A stretch of 63,305 nt of DNA, filler included, from Octopus bimaculoides (Eukaryota): the NCBI RefSeq assembly GCF_001194135.2. It is 5 parts of 4 records of this genome, joined end to end, with 100 filler letters (N's around TTAATTAATTAA, not from the genome) between each part and the next. Parts side by side here need not be neighbours in the genome. Positions count along the whole stretch, not along the records: positions 1 to 28,005 come from NC_068994.1; 4 more parts are not named here. One strand, given 5' to 3'. Below the pieces are notes generated by a model that was given only the letters and a program-made list of their open reading frames with translations, was not told where the DNA came from and did not search any database. Each line of letters begins with the position of its first letter. The first letter of the stretch is position 1. The translations under genes were made by a program, and so were the position numbers. Positions 11,745 through 24,339 of this stretch are shown here, piece by piece.

Positions 11745-11925
11745 TCACAACATTCCCCAACCCCTGGATGGGATACCAGTCCATTACAGGGCTACTTATT
11801 CATAGTTGAGCGGACTGGAACAGATTGAAATGAAGTGTTTTGCTCAAGAACAGAACGACCACTCGGTCCGGGATCCAAAATCATGATCGATAGATCGTGA
11901 GTGCAACAACCTAACTCCTGGATCT
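11745..11925 (-). mobile_element. SINE family D, partial reverse copy
   Basis: Reverse complement matches 36618-36869 (GCGGACTGGA...AATGAAGTGTTTTGCTCAAGAACA). Confidence 0.7.
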
Positions 11926-12174
11926 TTTCCATCTATCCAGTTTCATTAACAAGACATGGGGCAATCTGAGTTTGTAGGAAATGATTTTTATGCAAAATGC
12001 CCGTCAGTGAGTTGAATTGGGGATTTTGTGATTGTGATGTAAACTTCTTAGCCATTCAATAATACAGCATCTGTATACAGCACAGTAGTAGAGTTGTAAA
12101 AGTAAAATAATTGGAATTTCTTTTTTTTAGAAGCTAATAATTTCTATCTTCTATACTGTCTTTCTGGCATCAGG

Positions 12175-14400
12175 ATGAACATTGTGGTGTCTCTGCAAAA
12201 GATGTTGCACAAAACAACAACCTGATCAGAAGCTTCAAGACTGCACTTGAAACAATTCCACCTGATTTCAGGAAATACAATGTAGTTATCAGGTCAGACA
12301 ATAAACTATCTGGTCACCATGGAGGGAGGTTTAATGCGCCAATAGCAAATGAAATAGTTATGCTTCTGGCTGGGCAAGAACATGACAGGCGTAACATTCT
12401 TCTCCATTTCAGAGACAGCAGACTGATGAGGATTTCAGAAATACACAGGTCTTGTGATGCACTGTTCTTTTATGGAAGAGATGGTTACCATAACAACATT
12501 GCTTAGACAAACTCCTCAAAGAGAATCTCATCCGATGACTTCTATGCATTCCACATCATGGTGAGGAGTAAAGATGCCAACCACATCCTACATTGTAGGG
12601 ATCTGTTCAGTCAGTTCATTGTTGACAGGCATGCAAAAATTGAAAGTGAACGGCTACTCTACTAGAGAGTGAAACAGAAGAAACTAAGAGTGGAATCATA
12701 TGCACACCTGCAAGACGCAATGCCGAATGACCATGATGTCAACAACACGGGTTAGCTGATCATGCTTCCATCATCATTCACAGGAAGCCCAAGATATATA
12801 CAGAAGCGCACACAAGATGTAATGACATATGTTAGACAATATGGAAGACCACACCTCCATATAACCTTCATTTGCAATCCTAACTGGAAAGAGATTAAAA
12901 ATGAACTCTTCCCAAGCCAAGAGCCAAGAGACAGACATGACATAATTGCAAGGGTCTTCAGACAGGTTATCAAGCTCATGCAGTTATTGACCAAAGATAA
13001 GGTGTTCGGTGCTACTAGATGTCACATGTATACCATAGAATGGCAGAAACGTGGTCTTCCTCATGTACACATCCTGCTATGGCTTACAGAAAAAAAATCC
13101 ACGCCAGAATGATAGACACATTCATCAATGCAGAGCTTCCAGATTCTCAAGAAGATCCAGAACTCTTCAGTGTGGTCAAGACTCAAATGGTTCATGGTCC
13201 ACGTGGGAACATCAAACTACATGGTCCACGCATGCAAGATAGAAAGTGTACGCAAGGCTTTCCAAAGAAGTTCCTTCAAGAGATCCAGACTGGACATGAT
13301 GGCTATCCCCTCTACAGAAGAAGGCCAGGTGATGGTGGGTTTAAAACCACCATCAAGAAGTTAGCTCATACTGAAATTCCAGTTGACAACAGGCAGGTAG
13401 TACCATACTGTCAACTCCTCTCCAAGATATTCAAGGCACACATCACCGTTGAATTCTGTAATTCAGTGAAATCCTTTCAGTATGTGTGAAAATATGTTAA
13501 CAAGGGATATGAGATGGCAGTATTTGCAGTCCAGGATTCAGAGAATTATGAAATCAAGACCTTCTAACTGGGGAGGTATATCAGCAGTGGTGAAGCATGT
13601 TGGAGAATCTTCAAGTTCCCCATTCATGAGAGATATCCCCACGTAGAACACCTTGCAGTTCACTTAGAGAATGGAGAAAAGTTTTACTTCACCCCAGAGA
13701 CAGCGCAACAACAAATGAAAGCCCCAAAGAATACCACACTTACAGCATTCTTCAAGCTTTGTCAGGATGATGAATTGGCTGCAAGACTACTACACAATGA
13801 AGTTCCACAATACTACACCTGAAACAAAAAGGAACGGAAGCGATGTGCACTTGGAGCACCCACAGATCATCCTGGTAGAGTAGTTGTCCATTCCAACTAC
13901 TCAGAGTTCAACTATCTAAGGCTTCTCTTACATAATGTCAAGGGACGCACATCATTTACTGCCTTACGTACGGCTGACAACACAGTATGTCTAACATATC
14001 ACCAGGTTTGCCTTCTCAGAGGTTTTCTAGAAGATGATGCACACTGGGATTTCACTCTGAGAGAGGCACAAATGTGCAAGTCTCCTATGCAGCTGAGAAG
14101 CCTTTTCTCCAAAATGCTGGTGAACTGTGGATTGTCAAATCCGAAACAGCTTTGGTACAAATACAAAGAAGGGCTTTGTGAAGACATTCTTCAAGGAATT
14201 CAATATCAGTATGAGGATGATGTCACAATCAATGATGACATCTTCAATGAAGCATTAAGATTAATAGAGGACAAGGTTCGATCACTGGGTGGAAACAAAC
14301 TTGAACTGTGTGGTCTTCCAGCTCCTGTCAGAGATGTTCAACACAGAGATAATCAGGGAAACACCATACAACATGGAAAGTTTGCAGGAAGTTGACAATG
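12175..14400 (+). mobile_element. Helitron Rep-helicase fragment (Rep/HUH domain, disrupted)
   Basis: GRFNAP..NEI, LPSSFTGSPRY, YGRPHLHITFICNPNW, EWQKRGLPHVHILLWL, VVPYCQLLSKIFKAHITVEFC.SVKS and GRYISSGEACWRIFKFPIHERYP; a few stops and frameshifts, ends before the PIF1 helicase. Confidence 0.92.
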
Positions 14401-15231
14401 AGAAGGAACCACTACTGATATAACACTCGTAGCTAAAATCCACGAAAAACACGTGGCCCAAAACTACTAGTTCATTGTTTACTTAAATGCGATGTATAAG
14501 CTGTATACAGGTTATTGAATATATTTCTCCGAGCAAGTAAGAAGAAAGATAAGAGTTTGGGGCTATGCCGAACAAAGCAATCATTAAGGAAACCACCGAT
14601 GTCAACTGATTGTATGACTAAACTATAAGGAATTTGACAACGTCAAACTCCTTATAATCTAGTATTCATTAGTGTGTTTGTGTGTGATATGTGTATGTGT
14701 AATTCCACTGCTTGCGCTGCGTTCTTTTCTTTAGTCGTTTAGTAATGATGACAATTATTTTGACCTGTTGATAGAAGGAATAAATTTCTTTTTTTGAGGG
14801 TTCTAAGCTACAGAAATGCTGGAGATTATTTTTTGGTAAACGGGTTGGTGTTTAACAGTACATTAGGGAAACATTTTGGTCTTATTTAGTTTAATGTAGA
14901 TCGCAAATTTGTGGTCCATATTGCCAAATACTCGAAACTGTGGATACCTTACGTGAAGCATATTGGTTAACTTAACGTGAATTCAGAGTATGACTTAGAT
15001 GATCCACTGTGGTTTGTTCCAAATCTAGATTGGTGCATTCTTTTAGTCATAGTGATGTTTGCTTGATAGTTGGAACTACTTGAGCAGGCTTATGAAGCTT
15101 TTTTAGTATCATCTCCTTCCATACAGACCCAACGTGCGTCCAAGATGCCATTCCAGTTGTCCGCAAACACTAACTTTGTTTACTTCATGGTATTGCTCTA
15201 TGAAGTTGGTGTCATCTCAGGTTAGTAGAGA

Positions 15232-15900
15232 CATCATCATGCGTAGAGCCGACCAGATCCATCAGTGCTTTCTATCGCCGTCGGTCCTGTGCCAGCTCCT
15301 TTGCATCCTCCAAGGTGACGTCGAGCCTCTGGAGATATTCCCCAATCATTTCCAGTCATCTGGTGCGAGGCCTGTCATGAGGCTTCTTCCATCCCGCCGC
15401 CACTGCGTCGAATTAGTAAAATCCTGGTAGGATGATCTAGCGGGAGACAGAGGACATATCTGTACCAGCACATGCGACGGATAGCTATAAGGTGGGAGAC
15501 TGCAAGTTGATGCGTGTTCGCATGCAATTCTTTGTTGGAAACGTGTGATCGTACCATCTGATATTCTCGGTGGTTCTCAGAGCTCTGCTATTGAAGACGT
15601 CTATCCTCTTTTCCAGTGTCTTCGAGAAAAGCCACGATTCTGCTCCTTAGAGGAGAATGGAGAGGGTCGATGCGTTGTAAATGCGGAGCTTCGTCTTCCG
15701 GGAGCTTCCATAGAGAGTACATGACCCCAGTAGCCAGACCACATCTGCGGTTGATTTCCGGGTTCAGGTCTCCATTGTTGGTGAGTAATGTTTCTACAAG
15801 CCTTAAGATATCTAACAAGTCAGCTCTGCAAGCAACCATCAAAGACCTATCATTCCCAATGTTCCTCCTCCCTAAGCACCAAGTCATAATTTGGGCCTAG
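15232..15900 (-). mobile_element. RTE-clade LINE, 3' fragment of ORF2
   Basis: PEINRRCGLATGVMYSLW...LLYGAES..., NIRWYDHVSNKEL, RPRTR...AQDR; typical RTE C-terminus, disrupted. Confidence 0.75.
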
Positions 15901-16098
15901 GAAGATTGTACTTATCTCTGGGTCTAGCCCTTCCGAAACATCACTGCCATACTACTCTATCTAGGCCAAGTTTCAATCTCGAAGTTAGCCAGAAGGAAGG
16001 TGAGTGAGGGATAATTATAATATAACAATAACAAGGACTACAACAACAACAAACGCAAACAAAAGTAATAACAATATTAAATATAAATAAATACTCAC

Positions 16099-16265
16099 CA
16101 GCAAGTTAGATAAGGTTTTATATGTATATCTCGAAAAATTAAACACATTCAAGTGTCCTAATGTCGGCAGAGCGAATGAGAACACTTCTTCATTTTCACG
16201 ATTAGCTTCATCTTGTGTTCTTTCGTTGATTCCGCAAAATAATTTGCAACATTTGGCCTTTTCTC
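16099..16265 (-). CDS. Exon of the PLAT-domain gene (167 nt, phase 1 to 0)
   Basis: Acceptor GTTTTCAAG| and donor CTG|GTGAGT; reads EKAKCCKLFCGINERTQDEANRENEEVFSFALPTLGHLNVFNFSRYTYKTLSNLL; phase matches exon 20691-20787. Confidence 0.65.
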
Positions 16266-16493
16266 CTTGAAAACATACATGTATCATGTACAACAAGCTG
16301 ATTTCAGAGGAAAACTTTACATACCAGCTGCTATCTGCAATGGAGTAAAAGGCAAAATATATTATGGGAAACACGATCGCACATGTATCTGCACGTACAC
16401 ACAAATACATGTACATCATACATTAATACATAAGCACGAACACGTACGCAACACAAACACACACGCACACACACAAACACATGCACACACGCA

Positions 16494-16551
<58 letters not shown>

Positions 16552-16989
16552 TGCATACATGCCAACAATGAAATACAAGTAACCGAGTTAATCTGAACTT
16601 AGTTGCTAGGTATGCTAGAAAAAGCAGTTAAATCGTCTTAAATATCTCCACCTACTGTCATAATAATAATAAAAAGTATATGATGGTATAATCAAGGCTA
16701 GGGCGTCTTCGATCATAGGTTTGTTCGATCAAGCTCACCCTGGCGCTAAACAACAATAACAATAAAATCTCAATAATTACGACCACTTACTTGCGCATGC
16801 GAACATTTTCGACGAGGATATACTGAGTAAAAGAGAATTGAATCAACTGCAATTCACTACTCCATTTGGATTTACGGTTGAGGGTGGGTTTGCGTTCCTG
16901 CATGCAGACAACTTCAGTGACTGGTCTCAGCATTGCATCAGTGGCATGTGTAGATAGGATGTCTAACCTAAGTCTCTCTCAGGAGACAA

Positions 16990-18618
16990 TTAAAAGTGAG
17001 TGTTTTGGGGACGATTGTTTTGTACTTTACCTCTGGGATGTCACACAAAATCATCCATCAAAAGTTCCCCATCATGCTGGGGGTCCACTTACCTTGGTAC
17101 ATGTTTTCCATCTTAGTAATATCTTGATGGAACCTTTCTTCATGCTCATCACTCACTGCTCTGAGTTTCGAAGGGAAGAAGTTGAGGTGGGAGTGGAAAA
17201 AGTGAATTTTGAGTGACATTCGGCATCCCATATCCTCATAAGACTAGCAACTTCGTTACAAACTTGGTAATCTAGTACTTGTGTGTTACCACGGAAGCCA
17301 TGGAAAACTAACTTAAATGGTCCCCGAGCTCTCCGTTCCGTTAACGTAAGAAGCTCCTCAAAGTCCTTATACTTCAGCACCTCTCGGATCTGAGGTCCGA
17401 CAAAGATGCCCTCCTTGAGCTTAGCAGAACTCAGAGCTGGGAGCAGAGTGCACAAGTGCTGGAAGGCAGCGTCATTTTTGTCCATGGCCTTCACGAAATT
17501 CTTCATTAAACCAAGCTTGATATGAAGAGGAGGAAGAAGCACTTCGTTCATGTCCACCAGAAGATTTTCTTGGATAGTGTGTTCACCAGGCATGAAAGTG
17601 TTCCTAGATCTTGTAGTGCTCGACTGTCCCAGAGACAGAGAAACAACAGTACTTTGTGAAGTCTGCTTGATACCCATAAGGAGCCCAATGACCTTGAGGT
17701 CTCCGCAGAGACCCCACTGGTACTGGTTGTACTTGACAGCTTTCAAAAAGAGCTCCATATTGTCATACGACTTCTTCAGATAGACTGAGTAGGCAATGGG
17801 AATGCTGGGGCATTTATTGCTATCGAGCAGGAGCACGGCTTTCAGACTTCGCTTGGAAGAGACTGTGAAAAGACGCCAGTCTGAGAGATTGTGTTGGAAA
17901 CCAAGGAAGGTGAACAAGCCAGAGATATCTGTGCTGTAGTACAACCTGCTTTCCATGTCGAAGAATGAAGCAAAGTCTTGGTTCCGTGTCCTGAAACTGG
18001 CGATCCTTACATCTGCCTTGATCAGATTCCACTGCTTATGCCGAGATTCCAGGAACTCTGACTGCTGCTTAGATAGATACAAATCATGGGCAAGGTCATT
18101 CAGGTTTTCCTGCGTGATCCAGTGGAGCACATTGCCACTTACTCCTGAATAAACAGAGACATTGTCTCCAGAAGAGATCGCCTTGGCAGAATCTTTCCTT
18201 GAAGGCATTACTTCGTCTGATGAAGTAAGAAGATCCTTATTCGCTTGGGGTGTAGGGACAGGTAGATCATCTGAGTGGGGAACAAGTCTTTTAACTGAGG
18301 GAAGGTTGGAATATTTGATCTTTTTTTTAGAAGAAGCATTGTTAGACAAAAATAACAATCATCTACATGGCTTCGTGGCTGTCTCCAGACCAAGGGACAG
18401 CAAAGTTGAAGGCTGCTTTCTTGCTGTTAAATCATGCAGTTCATCCATTGTGGCTGGGTTTACAAGGGATGCCGCATAATCATAATATGTATAACTCAAA
18501 AACTAGAGATGCTGAGTGAAAACTGGTTTTGTGTCTGAAATTAGCACCCCCCACAAAAAAAAAAAAAAGGCTAGAACAACTATTTTTATGTTTGACTCAA
18601 TTTCTCTGTAAACCAGTG
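16990..18618 (-). mobile_element. Chapaev3-like (CMC superfamily) DNA transposon, internally deleted and 3'-truncated
   Basis: VWRQPRSHVDDCYFC, IKYSNLPSVKRLVPHS, WGLCGDLKV, PPLHIKLGLMKNFVKA and, in a shifted frame, MSLKIHFFHSHL...SDEHEERFHQDI. Terminus CACTG at 18618 is flanked by TTA (TWA site). Confidence 0.72.
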
Positions 18619-19026
18619 TTAGTGACATAGGAAACAGTTGTTCCATTTCTGAGTTTTTTAACGTCCTAAATTCGAAAGTAAAGAAAAATTCGCAAATTGC
18701 TATTCATTTAAGAAAGCAAGGATGTGAGTTANNNNNNNNNNNNNNNNNNNNNNNNNNNNNNNNNNNNNNNNNNNNNNNNNNNNNNNNNNNNNNNNNNNNN
18801 NNNNNNNNNNNNNNNNNNNNNNNNNNNNNNNNNNNNNNNNNNNNNNNNNNNNNNNNNNNNNNNNNNNNNNNNNNNNNNNNNNNNNNNNNNNNNNNNNNNN
18901 NNNNNNNNNNNNNNNNNNNNNNNNNNNNNNNNNNNNNNNNNNNNNNNNNNNNNNNNNNNNNNNNNNNNNNNNNNNNNNNNNNNNNNNNNNNNNNNNNNTA
19001 TATATATATATATATATCCACACATA

Positions 19027-20252
19027 CAGTGTGCGATGAGTAAATTGTTGCCATTTCATATTTTCAATTTCGCGCATGTGCCTTATTTGTTTTTGATTTT
19101 ATCGACTACACAGTATAGTAGGGTCAGTTGACACTGTCTGTGAGAAAAACAACACCGTGACGCAATTCACTCTGCTAGAAACTTGGAAACGACATGCTGT
19201 ACTGCTCGACATTCGCGCAGGAAGCTCCAATACGGACTTTTCAGAATATGTTTTTGGGTGTCAATATGAAGACAGTGCAAGTGATTCGTAGAGTTGGATA
19301 AGTCTAATGGTAATTACGAAGATATAACAGCTCGGAAAACTCACTCTGATCATTCTGAATTTTTTGGTGAGTTCCAGGCCATGATTCGCAACGATCCTTC
19401 CAAGTCACTCAGGTCCATCACCAGGGACTTGAGTGTGTCTGGGTTTCTTATCAGGCAGGTAGTGCATCAAAACATTCGGTATTCGTCATCCAAGATGAAA
19501 AAGGGCCAATTTTTATCTTAAGCCATCAAGGACAAGAAGAAAGACCGCGATACGAAGCTTTTGAATAAATTCAAGCATCCCTTCCAACCAAACATGCTTT
19601 GGTTTTTCTCAGACGAGAAAATTTTCTGCCAGGATCAGATGGTGAACACACAAAACAACCATTGGGTTGCCATGTCCCCAAAATATGTACCGAGAATGAT
19701 AAAAATCAAACGTCCAGTCAACATCACGGTGTTTGGAGTGATCGCTAGTGATGGCGACATTATGCCTCCATTCATCTTCTCACACGGCCTCAACACGGTG
19801 GCCATATCAAGTGTCTGAAAGTGGCTGCTGGAAGACTCTATGTCTAACAAGAGGACTCTGCACTATGCCACACAAGCAGGAGAACCCAGTCATGGCTGTC
19901 AGATAATTTCTGCGACTACATCACCCCTAACATTTGGCCACCTAACCCCCTAGACTGCAACCTCCTTGATTGTTATGTGTGGGGTGCAGTTGAGCGAGAG
20001 ACCAACAAAACTCCTTGTAGCACCAAAGATAAACTGAAGGCAAGGATTATGGCAGCATTCACCAACTGAAACAAGGAGAGCGTCCTGAAGAGTTGCAGGA
20101 GATCCCGAAGTCGTCTGGAGATTGTGGTTGAAGCCAATGGCGATTTTATTGAATAAATTTACTCTTTAGCATTTCAAGATATTTTTATGTAATTTTGGTA
20201 AATATATCTGTTAAGATTATTGTTATTTTCATTTTTACGTTATTTAAACATT
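19027..20252 (+). mobile_element. Tc1/mariner DD37D (maT-type) transposon, degenerate
   Basis: TA|CAGTGTGCG left end; WFFSDEK; exactly 37 residues between the D of DSALCH and the D of NLLDCYVW; right TIR lost in a gap. Confidence 0.85.
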
Positions 20253-20468
20253 NNNNNNNNNNNNNNNNNNNNNNNNNNNNNNNNNNNNNNNNNNNNNNNN
20301 NNNNNNNNNNNNNNNNNNNNNNNNNNNNNNNNNNNNNNNNNNNNNNNNNNNNNNNNNNNNNNNNNNNNNNNNNNNNNNNNNNNNNNNNNNNNNNNNNNNN
20401 NNNNNNNNNNNNNNNNNNNNNNNNNNNNNNNNNNNNNNNNNNNNNNNNNNNNNNNNNNNNNNNNNNNN

Positions 20469-20501
<33 letters not shown>

Positions 20502-20690
20502 TATACATATATATATTTGTATTTATGCATGCATGTATGCGTATTTGGATGTATTTATATATGTGTGTATGTGTGTGTATGAGTGCATGATTAATGTATC
20601 TATTTGTTCCTCATACAGACATGCACGTACATGTATTAGATGTAAATATGCGGCTTTGTCCGAGAATTCATACATTTAAATACCACTTAC

Positions 20691-20787
20691 TTCCTAGATG
20701 CTGATTGATACCCATTACTGCTTCTTTATTTACGATTTTATCATAATGGAAAACTCCCATTTCCGTACCATTGCTGTAGATAGTTAT
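20691..20787 (-). CDS. Exon completing the PLAT/LH2 domain (97 nt, phase 0 to 1)
   Basis: Acceptor TTCTTTCTCTAACTACAG| and donor GGAA|GTAAGT; only the phase-0 frame is open: ITIYSNGTEMGVFHYDKIVNKEAVMGINQHLG, continuing WFLKT in frame. Confidence 0.72.
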
Positions 20788-20889
20788 CTGTAGTTAGAGA
20801 AAGAACTGTCTGTCAAGCTCAATACAGGACATTAAAAAGTATGTAACCATACATCGTAAGTGTAGCACAATATTGTATTACATGGAAAA

Positions 20890-21702
20890 ATGCGAGCAAG
20901 AGAAATAATATTCTTAAGATTGTAAACCTGGAAAAGTACAGGACAAGTTATTATACTTGGAAAAGTTCAGGACAAGAACATTTTTACTTAAAATATTGCA
21001 GATAAGGATAAAATTTCAAATGACATTTAGATTTAGAAAATATTAGCTATTATTAAAACTAATAATTTTATTACAAGTTATTACTTCTGTTTGTTATTAC
21101 TTGTTACTTCTATTAAAAATAAAGAAAATAACTCAATTAGAATATTTTTTGCATTCTGAAAAAAGATTCATTTTTTAAAAATTATTAATTGATAACTAGA
21201 AATATGAAAATAGGTTATAAAAATAATAGTAGTACGTAATTAGTTAGTACAATAAATATAATAATACAAAAATTAGTTATATATTTCAATAAAATCTACC
21301 TATAACAACAAATTCACAGTAAAATTTGCTTGAGTTATTGCCTAAATTATTGCCAAGTTTTCACATTTTTAATCTTGACCCAATGCCTATTTTTTACATA
21401 ATGAATTTGCCTACCATATATACTATTCTACTTTGCATAAAACTTTAGCTATATTGGTACTTCTGGCTCTCATTTTTAAAGTATTCTAGTGTGTCAATAT
21501 TTTAACAAAATGATGGTACCTTTTTTAATTATAATGTTACTTTGTAAATTAAAATCAAATAATTTTCAATATTCAAATTTTATTGTTAGGCTGCAATATT
21601 CTAAATAAAAATTTTCTTATTCTGTACTTTACCAGATGTAATAACTTGTCCTTTACTTTTCCAGGTTTATAAGCTTAAGAATATTAATTCTCTTGCTCGC
21701 AT
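20890..21702. mobile_element. Unclassified non-autonomous element with inverted arms of about 112 bp
   Basis: 20890-21001 versus the reverse complement of 21591-21702 shows about 14 mismatches; AT-rich non-coding interior; the right end abuts a gap. Confidence 0.75.
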
Positions 21703-22611
21703 NNNNNNNNNNNNNNNNNNNNNNNNNNNNNNNNNNNNNNNNNNNNNNNNNNNNNNNNNNNNNNNNNNNNNNNNNNNNNNNNNNNNNNNNNNNNNNNNNN
21801 NNNNNNNNNNNNNNNNNNNNNNNNNNNNNNNNNNNNNNNNNNNNNNNNNNNNNNNNNNNNNNNNNNNNNNNNNNNNNNNNNNNNNNNNNNNNNNNNNNNN
21901 NNNNNNNNNNNNNNNNNNNNNNNNNNNNNNNNNNNNNNNNNNNNNNNNNNNNNNNNNNNNNNNNNNNNNNNNNNNNNNNNNNNNNNNNNNNNNNNNNNNN
22001 NNNNNNNNNNNNNNNNNNNNNNNNNNNNNNNNNNNNNNNNNNNNNNNNNNNNNNNNNNNNNNNNNNNNNNNNNNNNNNNNNNNNNNNNNNNNNNNNNNNN
22101 NNNNNNNNNNNNNNNNNNNTTTCTCGCATCTTTTTTAGTGGGTGTTTGACTGAGAGAGAAAGAGGTGTTGCCTGAGAGAAAGAGAGAGAGGTGTTTTCAG
22201 AGATAGAGAGAGAGGTGTTGTCAGAGAGGGAGTGAGAGAGAGAGAGAGAGAGAGAGGTGTCTTGCTCTGTGTGTGTTTGTGAGAGAGAGGAGAGAGTGAT
22301 AGCGTAAATTTTTATTTATTTAGTTTTTCTTGCATCTTTTCTTAGTGTGTGAGTGATTGACTGAGAGGGAGAGAGAGAGAGAGAGAGAGAGAGTTGTCAT
22401 ATATGTGTAAAATGGCTTGGGTCAGTCACGCACGCACACATACACTTACGTATACCCATTATCAGTCGTATACAAGTACATGCATAAATACATACGCATA
22501 CATGTTTTTTATATGTGTGCGTGTGAGGGAGAGTGAAAAAATCAAGGTATGTGTTCGCATGACAATTTTTTTTGCATGTATGTATAAGTAGCAAAGTAAA
22601 ATTTACGCTAA

Positions 22612-22659
<48 letters not shown>

Positions 22660-22665
<6 letters not shown>

Positions 22666-22790
22666 GTCACATACACACACACACAGCAACACACACACAC
22701 AGCAACACACACACACAGCAACACACACACAGCAGCACACACACACAGCAACACACACACACAGCAACACACACACAGAGCAACACACAC
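22660..22790. repeat. Interrupted (CA)n minisatellite, unit about ACACACACACAGCA
   Basis: About 9 near-identical units following a (CT)n run. Confidence 0.85.
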
Positions 22791-22999
22791 CTCTCTCTCT
22801 TTTACTATTCCAGAACTTAAATGAATGTAATTAACATCGAATATTTGCGGCAAAGTTTCTCATAAAACTAACCAACACACCTACCGTATTGAAAAATTAG
22901 TTTAAATTGCTCTTCATCTTCTAATTAAATAGAGTCACTAAATTCAAGGAGAATATTAGTGGTGCCGGTGTTGGCTACTGTCCCTTCTCCTTGATCTAA

Positions 23000-23600
23000 G
23001 TGTATTAACTGTTACTACCACTCTTCACTCCTTCAATGATTCTCAGGTGTTTTACTATCTCTCTAGTCCTGCACCGAGGACATCAATCATCTCATCTTTC
23101 TCATCAGCCTCAACGATATAAATTCCCACAAGCACCTATTGGCTACCGTACTCCTACCATACAATGTTGTCGGCACAAGTACCAAATCCTTTCCTATAAT
23201 AAAACGCTTTCATCAGTTAGTATCATAATTTACGAGTATTGCTGAACGTCACATCGACATTTCACATGCCCATCATAACTTCAGCATCTACCTTTGCTCA
23301 GCTATCACCGTGCTTGTATATATCGGAAACCCTGACCACTACCTATTCATAACAACACCCCATTAATTCTCATACCATGCGTTAACCCACTTTTATTGAG
23401 CCAACTGACTGAATCTCCACCAGTTGTATGCATGCTACGTTGTCAAGAAATCACCACGACCACAACAACAACAACCAAGACATCTAAGCAAGTAATCGAA
23501 GCTTCTCTCATATCACACGTCTTTCCGTATTACACACACAAGCCCACAACTATATATTCCTTAAGTTGTTTTCACTAAGTCGCACAATAGCAGTATAGAC
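23000..23600 (+). mobile_element. Penelope-like element, degraded C-terminal GIY-YIG region
   Basis: FPQAPIGYR motif and FTC...IY.C....YIG remnants spread across frames. Confidence 0.5.
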
Positions 23601-24339
23601 AAATCTGGAGAAAGTTACCTGCCACCCACCCGAATGAGACGCTTGAACGTATTACCAGAGTTTTTGGAACGATAATCGTCAGTAAATCTAAGGATGCTAT
23701 CGTGCTTTCTCTCTCACCTAAAAATTCCAGGCAATTTTTTTTTCTGGGCTCTTCTTCCTCAACAGGGTCTTTACCGACTTTCCAGATTCTGTCAAATCGT
23801 TACTCTCCTGCCAAGTTCTGCCAATAGATACAATCTGTCGGCAGAATGTTCGTTGAGAAAGTCTCCGCATTTGCTGCCAGTTTGCTTTCAACTCCACACA
23901 GCAAACATTCAATCTAATTCCCACGCAAAGGCTCCTTTCCCACTCTAACAGACTTACAGTTACGCACACAGAGTGCGAACATTTCTCGAGTCGTCTAAAC
24001 ATAATCATATTAGGCAATTTGTTTGATAGTGTTCTTTTTTAATGCATTCAAAGAAACGCATATCATCGTCTCAATATTCATTCTTTGTCTTTTTACAGAG
24101 ACCAACCCCATTCTATGGTTCTTTTATCATGTCTCTCTCTAGTTCTCACTTTGTATTAATTCTTGCTGATAACTACATACAGTTCAAATGGCACCAGAAT
24201 ATGTAGTTATCACCCCTTTATCATTCATTTAATTCCTAGGCATCAGCTACACACAGCCCTCAAATTTGCAACAAATTCTATCCTTAACAATCTCTCATGA
24301 CCTATGATGTAAACTTCATATACAAACACACACCCCTGC

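Noticed and set aside
14624-14656. 15-bp hairpin with one mismatch and a 3-nt loop
   Set aside because: It is too short for a pre-miRNA and has no supporting context.
22660-22790. Regularly spaced repeats superficially like a CRISPR array
   Set aside because: The spacers are just (CA)n; it is a eukaryotic minisatellite with no cas genes.
23958-23994. 37-nt exon-like segment with AG and GTAAGT sites between the PLAT exons
   Set aside because: Including it shifts exon 20691-20787 into a frame with a stop, and it would split the continuous WFLKT-ITI strand.
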